From: Tubiluchus corallicola
Taxonomy: Eukaryota; Animalia; Priapulida
Assembly (NCBI GenBank): GCA_030141605.1
Contig: JAQGDQ010000111.1
Coordinates: 1-64,000 of the forward strand
Length of the DNA: 64,000 bases
Direction of reading: 5' to 3'
In this document: positions 55,243 to 64,000 of the stretch, piece after piece
Layout of the letters: every line of letters begins with the position of its first letter
Numbering within the stretch: position 1 is the first letter of the stretch
The notes under the pieces: model-generated
The model's input: only the letters and a program-made list of their open reading frames with translations
What the model was told of the DNA's origin: nothing
The model's database searches: none
Position numbers and translations under genes: made by a program

Positions 55243-55718
55243 CAGGGTTCCTACGGTCAGGGAAAATCCTTGAAAATACTGGCTGTCCTGGAAAGTCATA
55301 GAAAAATCAGGGAGAAAGATAATTTGGTAAAAAGTCGTGGAAAATGATCAAAATGGGACGAAAAGTATGGAAAATTGGAAAGAGTTGCAAGGATAATCAC
55401 CGTGAACCGATATTTTTCCAAATGTATTTTTCAGCGAATCGTGTTCAAATGAAATTTTGCTTTGGCAGGCGCCCAGTTTCGATTTCTGTTCCAAAATAAT
55501 GATTGGATTAAGAAAGTTTATTTAATTTCGTTAGCACTACTGCAGCTGTGCGGACACATATATCAGTATATGTATGAATGTCTGTACACAAAATTGTTTG
55601 AATATGTATACTGTTAATGCAATTTCTGCTTATCTTGGTCATGGAAAATTAATATATGGTCAGAGAAGAGTCATGGAAAGGTCAGGGAAATTTATTTTAA
55701 AATTCCATGGCAACCCTG
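55243..55718. mobile_element. MITE, probably hAT-related
   Basis: Imperfect TIRs CAGGGTTCCTACGG / CCATGGCAACCCTG, with repeated GTCA(T/G)GGAAA subterminal motifs at both ends. TSD not recognisable. Confidence 0.7.
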
Positions 55719-58700
55719 TAAAGAAAAAACAATATCTGGTCGGGTCGCATATTTAGTTTTCTCGCCATTTAATTATCTATAAGCTTATCCGTAACACATG
55801 TTAGTAGCACAATTTCCATCTTTCAATCAACAAAATTGAACTGGGTACCTCATTGTTACAGCATTTCAGGAAAAAAGAAACACGTTTCTTGGGAAGTTGT
55901 GCACGAGAATAATGAGTTAACTCATTTTATACGCCTAGTTACTTATTTTACTTTAGACTTGAAAAATTAGATGCAACAAAATTTAGCTGTAATCATTTGG
56001 CGTGAGCCACGGGATTGTCTTTGGCAGAAGTACATCAACACGTAAATTGGAGCTAGTGCACCTTGCTGTATTTTGTTTGTTCAGTGATTCTTCGCGATTA
56101 AACGGTTTGAATAATCCAAGATTTATACTGGGCAAGGTATAAAATCTAGTGCATAAAAACTACTTAATTCACTGATTAACAAGCATTTGCAGTTTTTCAA
56201 TTAATACATAAATTTTGTAACCTATGGCGAAAAATGGCGGAAAATTACTTTCTAAACTGATCTTTTTTCGAGCAACAAAGGTCTCAAAAGCCTAAAATCA
56301 AGGAAAATATAAGCCCCGGACCCAACTGAGGCAGCACTGTTCCAGACCGTCTAGCTGTTTCTTGTTCTGTACCCCATGAGACTCTTACCTAAATAAATAC
56401 ACTTTAGGCACTGCGCCTCGTTGGGAACATTTAGCAAGTACCTTTAGTCTAATAATTTAGTTTTCCTACTAACTATTGATATTACAGTTAATTGGTAACC
56501 TCTTACCCTGAATCGTCTTTGGCCTTGTGTGGGGCGATTTGTATAAAAAAATATGTGGCCGCATACTCCAAAATTTATTACAGCGCAACTTATTGTAACT
56601 TCTTTTCGCCACAATGATGAAAACACCGATTTATTTAATGTGTCCATGTTCTTACTGACATTGATAATTTTACATGTGTGTTTATTTTACTTAGTATTAA
56701 ACTGCATCTTAATAAACCGGCATAACTTGAGTATGATCCTACGTAAATGTTCATTTAAAATATCAAATTTTGTTTACAGTAATCGATAGTATCTGATGCA
56801 GATAAAAAAGATGAGATTGTTTTGAATTAACTGTGAGTTAAATTTTGAGCAGATGCAGAAAACATTCAGCCATAACAAGGTCGTTTCCAAAGCCGCCGTG
56901 CAACTTTTAATGGCTGTCTAATAATGATTAAAGGACTAAATTTAATGTTGACAGTCAGTTGAACAAAAACTTGCTGCTAAACAGCCGCGGGCGTTTTTAA
57001 ATCTATTGTATGTCTTTCCAAAACGAGATGGTCACATTTCTGACCTGATTTTTCTACCTTTGCTGACGTCACGGCTGCGTACGAGCGAAGGCAACGTCGA
57101 CGAGCATGATCAGTTGTGACCAGCAGCCAGACGCATGCAATCGATAGCGCAACGCAAACAAACAGGCGCTTATCATGGGATTCACTCGCCGTATAATGTG
57201 GTTTGTGTACTGCGTAGTTAGTTGTTTGACACTCGTGAAAATGTTTACGGCTACTGGCTGTAGTAGCTAAAAAATGTTACAGGCTGTGTTATTCCAGGCT
57301 AGTGTATATTTTGTTCAGATATGATTTTACTTATGTGTTATGAATAATGAATAACTTTATTGCTAAATTTTCATTATAATATAGTTGTTTACTTAAGCTG
57401 CTCATTTAGCGTTTTGGGAACTTCTCAGCTGCTGTGGAGATGGCAGCCCAAGAACTAATGACATGAGTTGTTACTTAAAAACATGCGGTATCGTGATTTT
57501 CATCTGCGTGAAAGAATTGTCTTGTGCACAAGAGAAGTGCTATCTTTTCTGATATTTTTGTGTCTATAAGTAGCAAATACTGCCAACTATCTGAAAATTC
57601 GAAGTGAAAGGCACTCAACATTAGAGGCCTGACTTCTGTACATGTCTGAAAACTCGTTTTAAATTGTTGTGCATCGCTCTTGTACTAACTGGAAGACAAA
57701 TTAAGTTTTGCAAGGCAATCCATTCGCATCTCAGCGTCTGCAGTGCAATGATTGTGAAGGTATTTTGAGGTCTCTGTAGCTGTCGCCATCATCGTTTGAC
57801 AGTGTTCAGGAATAAAAGTATTAACGCCCGATACGATTATTTATAAAGGCTGTATAACGGCGTTTGATACTACTGAGTTTTTTGCTAGCAATTGCCTACC
57901 GTACCGTTTTGAGCTGTTTACCTTTTCATGTTGTACGTTGCAATTCGACAACAGCTATATTACTTGCTTGACTGCATGGGTATGTATTGATTGCAGGACC
58001 TATGACTGTAAACAAGTGCCTAGTAAACATTCCAATGTACCACGGACTTACTGTGTTTACTTTTCGCTATGCGGATATTGGTAGCATTTAATTATTATAA
58101 TGTTGTATGCTTCCAAAAGTAACATATGCTATTTGTATAAAATTCGTGTGTTTCATTTTTAAGTATAGCCCGTTACCTTGAATATCACTGACGTTATTAA
58201 GCGCGACTTACTGTACGTAAAAATAGCTTGAATAATGTACAGTGAGTGTTGTACATGCGTGTATGTATAAATGATAGTTGTTCACCTGCTAAAGTAGGAC
58301 AGTTTATGAGAAAAGATAATTCAGCCTACCGTTACGCGTACTCTGAGTTAATGCTATTCATGATATATTACACTACAGCATTGCATTATTTATGACTTAA
58401 GGCACTCTGTAGGCCTGAGCAGGCTGTAAAGTTTCAGCACTTTATTACTGAACGTATTATCATTTCCAATTAGCGAGGATTCGGTTTAACTTATGCAGCC
58501 CAAATAAATAATCTACTTGTGAATACGTCATATTGATAAGCATCCACGTGCATCTTTACATAGATAGTAACAGCATTATGGCTTCTAACGGGGTAGTTTT
58601 TGCAATTTTATTACACTGTTGCATGACGTCAGTGCTCCATTAATAAGCATCATCGCGACAGCTGCATGTGTACTCACATAAATTGTGATAATATTGGTAT

Positions 58701-59193
58701 TTTACTCGTCATTCCCATGCAATACCTGATTGTTTGACTAAAAAGTATCATTTTGCAAGTGTTTTATTTAATAACTAGGTACAGCGAACTTTGTTGTAGG
58801 ACCTGTAAGCAATAGTAATTTTCTGCTAACGTGAGTATTACATACAAATAAGACTTTGAAAATGTGATATAACTTTTCCGACTAAGCGTTTAGAGCTCGA
58901 CTTTTAACTGGTCCTTTCTTGTCCTTTAAGTGTGCATGCATTTGGTTCGCTGATTTCTTATTCTGTTAAATTGTGTCCTGATCCTGATAATAATTGTTGT
59001 CCGTGCATTCTTTTATTTCGTAATACAGCTTACCTAGTGGCACTGTACAATGCACTTATTTGCTCATTGAGGACTACAAGCAACCTGTACTATACACTAA
59101 TTGGCCTACAAGTGGCAAATTGGCCTACAAGTCAAGTAAACTACTTTGCTGTAAAACGCGTTAACCTGCACCGACAGCGTCACAGTGTCACTT

Positions 59194-60936
59194 TGAAAGC
59201 TTATTGGAAGGGCAAGTCACATAGCATGTTTTGTCTATTTTTGCTATTATCATTGAAACTTAAGAAAATATAACAAAGAAATTTGCAAAAAAACTGTCTA
59301 TAATACGTAAAATTACTTTATATTACTGCTGTTTGCAAATTTTCCCTCTTTGTGGTTGCAGCCATTCACGTGAAACTACCAGTAACTGGACTTCGTGACT
59401 GTTCGTAAACGCCATTTCCGTAGGCGTACGCTCCTTAAATTCATTCAAACTTGTGAAGCTTATCTAATGTTCATGCAAGTGCATGACAAATTAGCGATCT
59501 ATCTTTTATAAAAACTTATTATACGGAAGTCGGCAGTACGCTGATTTCTTCAGCCGATGAACGACACCATCTGACACTAAATGTTTTGCAATTTAATCTA
59601 TTGGCTATTTAAATGAAAATTCAAGTCAGTTTAATCTAGATAATATTAAATTGACAGTTACGAAAATAATGTGATTATATTGTCATTAGTTTGTGTTTTA
59701 ATCTAGTTGAATCTGTTCCATAACTGATTTTTAAATTGTGGTGATTTTAAATTAATTTATTCTATCCACGCGTTATAAGAATTCGACTGCTTGTCTACTT
59801 CCTTTACTTCCAGGACATTTTTGGCAATGCGCCAAATTCCTCGAAGTTCTAGGAATCCTTCAGCTAGGAAATACGGTCATATTTATTTGGGAGAAATTGA
59901 AACCAATTCTTCTTTTTATGATTTATCAACCATTAAAGTTAAACGTTTAACTGCATAGTCAGTTTAAGTATCATTGAATGTTAATTACAGAGTACATTCC
60001 GCGATGAACACCAAACAGTAGGAGCTGATTGCAGCACACTCTACACTGGACAGTACACAATCCTCATCGTTTCAATTTTGCTGTTTTTGAAAATCCCATA
60101 AATTGTTTCTATAAAAAAAAACTCTCTTGAATTACAGTAAGATTTCTGAACTGAATATGAAGTTAACTGGAAACGGGTTTGTTTGGTTGACCTTATTGGT
60201 AACCTAACCCGATTTTTCTGTTGTTTTAAACACCGCATGAGGGAATCCCTCAATCAAGATTTCTGTGTCATTCCTTCCATATGGAAATCTATTTTGTTGG
60301 GGCTTTCTCTACAAATGGCATTACCATGAGATACTCCTTCCCCTAAATATCCCTATAAATCATCCCAGTACTTAAAGGAAAAGCCAAACCTTCTAAGAGG
60401 TTAGGCTTATTTCAATGTTCGCGAAAATGTTAGAAGGATTTAGTAAATAAAATTGTAATAAGCGCCTCGTGTAATTAGTAAAATCACTTTAAAGTCGCGA
60501 TCACTTAATGCTTGGGTGCTGCCACTTGCAACGCCCATCCTTCCAATGGCGTCATTCGTCTTGAAGAAAAGTAGCGCACTGTCAATCTTCATCAAAAGTA
60601 TAAGAAGTTTTTGCAAAAAAATAGATAGCTAATTTTGTAATATTTTTGCGTGAACATTAGGTAAGCTGCAGAAGTTTGAATTAGTTTAAGCAGCGCCCGC
60701 TTTGGGAAAACCAAGTCGCACTTACGGAAGTCTCCCAGTTGCGTCATGATCTTCAGGTGATGGCGGCAACCACCTCGCCTGAAAATTTCTATTCAGGGGT
60801 AGTATATTATAAATTTATGCTTTATAAACAGTTCTTTGCAAATTTCTTTGTTATATTTTTCTAAGTTTAAGTGATAACAGTTTATTTTAATAAGCCCAAC
60901 ATACTGAATGACTTGTTCTTTCCTAGAAACTCTTGA
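59194..60936. repeat. Old ~1.7-kb foldback (arms >=370 bp, strongly diverged)
   Basis: 59194-59575 aligns with the reverse complement of ~60545-60936 (AAAATATAACAAAGAAATTTGCAAA, GTGGTTGC.GCCA, ATTCAAACTT, CTAATGTTCA.GCAA, AAATTAGC.ATCTAT). Confidence 0.82.
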
Positions 60937-62121
60937 TTGATTGGTTTATTCTTTTCAAAATAGTATTACAACGTAATACAAGAGAAAAGTGAGAAGCCAC
61001 CCAGGCAGAGAACTTATAGGTGGCTCTCTGTTTACAAGTTACGATCAAATTTACAATGTTGTAACAAATTTTCATTCTCTAACAATGATGTAAAATTTTT
61101 AACATTACAGGCATTAACTGTGTCACAAGTATTCGAAATATCTACGATTCTGTTACAAAAAGAGAATTTGCAATTATTTAATGCGCAGTAATTTTTATAT
61201 GATTTAAAGTTATGTTCCCTAAGCCCAAAATGGGGTGCGCACGCAAAAAAAAATCATGAAACAGTAATCCTATACGATTATTACAAATTTTATAAACCAT
61301 TTTAGGTCAAAAATTAACCTTCTTATTTCTAATGGCTGTAACTTAAGAATTTATAGCCTATGGTAGTAATCTGTATAGTTCATATTACATCTTCTACACA
61401 AACGACTAGTGAAGTATCCTTGGACATTTTTAATACAGTCAGTCAAAGTTACAGGATTCCAGACTGGTGTACAGTATTCTAACAAAGGTATTATGTAAGC
61501 CTTATATGCTGAAAGTAAAGCTTCATTGTGTTTAGTGTAAAAACATCTACATATTATGTTTACATTTTATAGGCTTTGGCTGACTGTTTTTTTACAACAT
61601 TTTTTAAATTTTAAATCTGAGCACCCAGTGACACCAAGGTCACGACAGTCTGTATTAACTTCTAAAAATCATTATTTAAATAATATTCCTTTTGTTTACT
61701 GCGAAAGCATACTTGGTGTACTTAAGTACTCTTTGTCAAAATTGTACTATTTGAGGACTTTAATTAGCGCCCGCTCCTAAGCAGCTTTTATTGGTTTACA
61801 TTCGATAGCGCAGCGTGTAGTAAACACGAGTTATGCTGAATGCACAGGTCTAGCTTCAAATCAGCTTATATAATTATATGGCACACTGAGCTTTATTGCA
61901 CATATAGTTCGGCAAAATATTGCTCGTCTGTGCTCTTCCTAGAAGCTGAATGTTGTAATGCGGTTTATAATGGACAGCATCAGCTTTTGAATTACGTAAT
62001 TAAGGCGAGACAGCTTAATAATTCGCGTTGCTATGTTTTCTACGTGATGCGCTAATCCTAAAAGGTGGGAAGAAGTTCAGACGCAAATTCGCCTATTGTT
62101 TAGCCGAATGACACGTAGACG

Positions 62122-62228
62122 AGAGCAGTGACCGAGTGGTCACGATAGGTACTTAGGTGAAAAGTTAAGGATCGCTTGGCCTGGTTAATTAGTGGATGGA
62201 TCATCGCCGGGAAACAAGCATCTCGGGG
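62122..62228 (+). mobile_element. Degenerate tRNA/5S chimeric SINE head
   Basis: tRNA A-box-like GTGACCGAGTGGT followed by 5S internal-control-like AAGTTAAGG...GGCCTGGTTAATTAGTGGATGGATCATCGCC. Related segments at 39375, 36706 (-) and 11905 (-). Confidence 0.5.
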
Positions 62229-64000
62229 TTTTATCTGACACCATGCTGCTGTTGTTTCTCTCATTGAGGTAGGAGGTATAAGTGTCTGAACTTGACTGAG
62301 ACACCGCTGCTGTTGACTATCTCAACTTGGAGTAGTAATTTTGCTAATGAGCTGAATTCTGGTCCAGCCACAACCAAGATTATCAATAATCTGCGTTAAT
62401 TCAAGTGATAAGTTGTGCTAGACCGTAACCACCACATGCCATTACCGAATACACTAGCAAGAACATTACAACAATATACTACCAAGAATACATTCCCTCT
62501 TCACCTATGTTGTATTGCTGCATAATTCACATTTACATGCCCTTATATGTGCGCTTAAAGAGCCATGTCAAAGACGAAGAACACCCCATTGTGCTTGCTA
62601 TGCAGCCATTTTACTGCTTTCAAAGATTTCCCCAGTTGAAGGATTATTAGCCTAAGTAATACTGCTGCAGTCAATGTAGGCAGACTGCATTATTTATAAT
62701 ACATTTATGCAATTATTTATAATACATTTATGCAAAGGCAGACGTCTACTGATGCTACTGAAGCTCAGAGCTGTAGTTAAAGAGATAATTAGGAACATTA
62801 GATACTCCATTGGGAGTGTTAGCCTACTCATTAGCCCTCCTGTGTGTTTGTGTCAGGGCTACTAGCTTATTTGTAACATCCGTATTGATTTTCTTGCATC
62901 TTACATACTGCAAAGATCATATGCTTTCCTTCACGCAGCAATGAATGCATTCAGCTGCCAAAGTCTAAGATAATGGTTATTAGTACTAGATTTTCATAGT
63001 GTGTTGTAGTGAGTGGTTTGCTAAACACGCATTGCATTAGTCGGTTTGCAAAGTTTCTCGACTTCTTCGCTTATAGATATATATATAATTTATTGGTTAT
63101 GCTCATTCACCAGCATTTGAATTAATTTCCCAGACTTTCTGTCACTGTTTAAACAGGCATCAGCTTGTAATGATTCATTTTATGCACAAGACAGTATTAG
63201 CACTGTTCACACGTTGCAATCGCTATCTAATTACGCTTAAACTGATATGAACTGCTATATTTTTAACATCGTATGAGAGAAACATTTTGGTCTAAGAAGG
63301 GACAGAGCCAGCAAAGGTGCTTTGCAAATGCCCTTGAGATAATCTTTATGCTTTTAAAGTTACATGCGCGTCATGTTCTCAGCTGACATTGCTGAGTCAG
63401 CAGTAAATACTGTAAAAGTTTGTCCTCTAAACATCAAATTCATTATTACAAAAACAAGCTCATTTTAACTGTAACTAATTTAGACTAGGTGTTTCCTGTT
63501 TGGTAATTTTCGCAACGCTGATATATAGATAGTGGTCCATGAGGTCATGCTGAGAAGGTGGTTATTACTTGTTATTATCTTTAACGATCTCGGTTAGTTT
63601 AAAGAAAGAAACGCAATTTGTCCTCATTTCTCAAATTTACGTGCGAACATTAATGCTTTATTGATTTATATCTTTGCCCCGTGTTCAATCATTTGTTTGT
63701 TGTAACTGCATACCTATGCTTTTAATTCTTGGGTTATGCATAATCCTTATCTTAGTTTACGGCTACTTTGGATAAAGTGCTGACACGAGTAAACTACTTC
63801 ATGTTTAACTGGATACACCATTTTTTACTAAAATCATCAAAGGTGTTAGCATTCGTGAAACCATACCTACATATTACCTGTACAAGAACACAAAAACATA
63901 CCTCGTTTCTATATGTAATCAATCACTAGTATTAATAAATAAATAACCAAACATTTACTTATTTATTATCATCGTGTACGCAGTAAGTAGTGTCAGGGCA

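Overview
AT-rich (roughly 35% GC by eye), intron-containing animal genomic DNA. The 5S rRNA-derived sequence looks lophotrochozoan/molluscan, but that is a weak inference. Six host genes were reconstructed by hand from GT-AG exons: the last three exons of FHIT (+), AUH (8 coding exons, -), intronless RFXAP (+, head-to-head with AUH), ADAT1 (4 coding exons, +), COPS9 (+) and NAB (+). Introns and spacers hold many mobile elements: a PHD-endonuclease-RT CR1/L2-group LINE next to an inverted near-identical truncated copy, two other LINE fragments (one embedded in a (CT)n microsatellite), two copies of a SINE with a full 5S rRNA head, degenerate tRNA/5S chimeric SINE heads, a non-autonomous Helitron, pogo and hAT derivatives. 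There are also many long hairpins, including a perfect 204-bp palindrome and stems whose mismatches favour G.U on one strand. I found no unambiguous new protein system. The best novelty candidates are the 5S/RTE-like SINE, the (CT)n-embedded LINE, the head-to-head LINE pair and the hairpins. All alignments and counts were done by eye.
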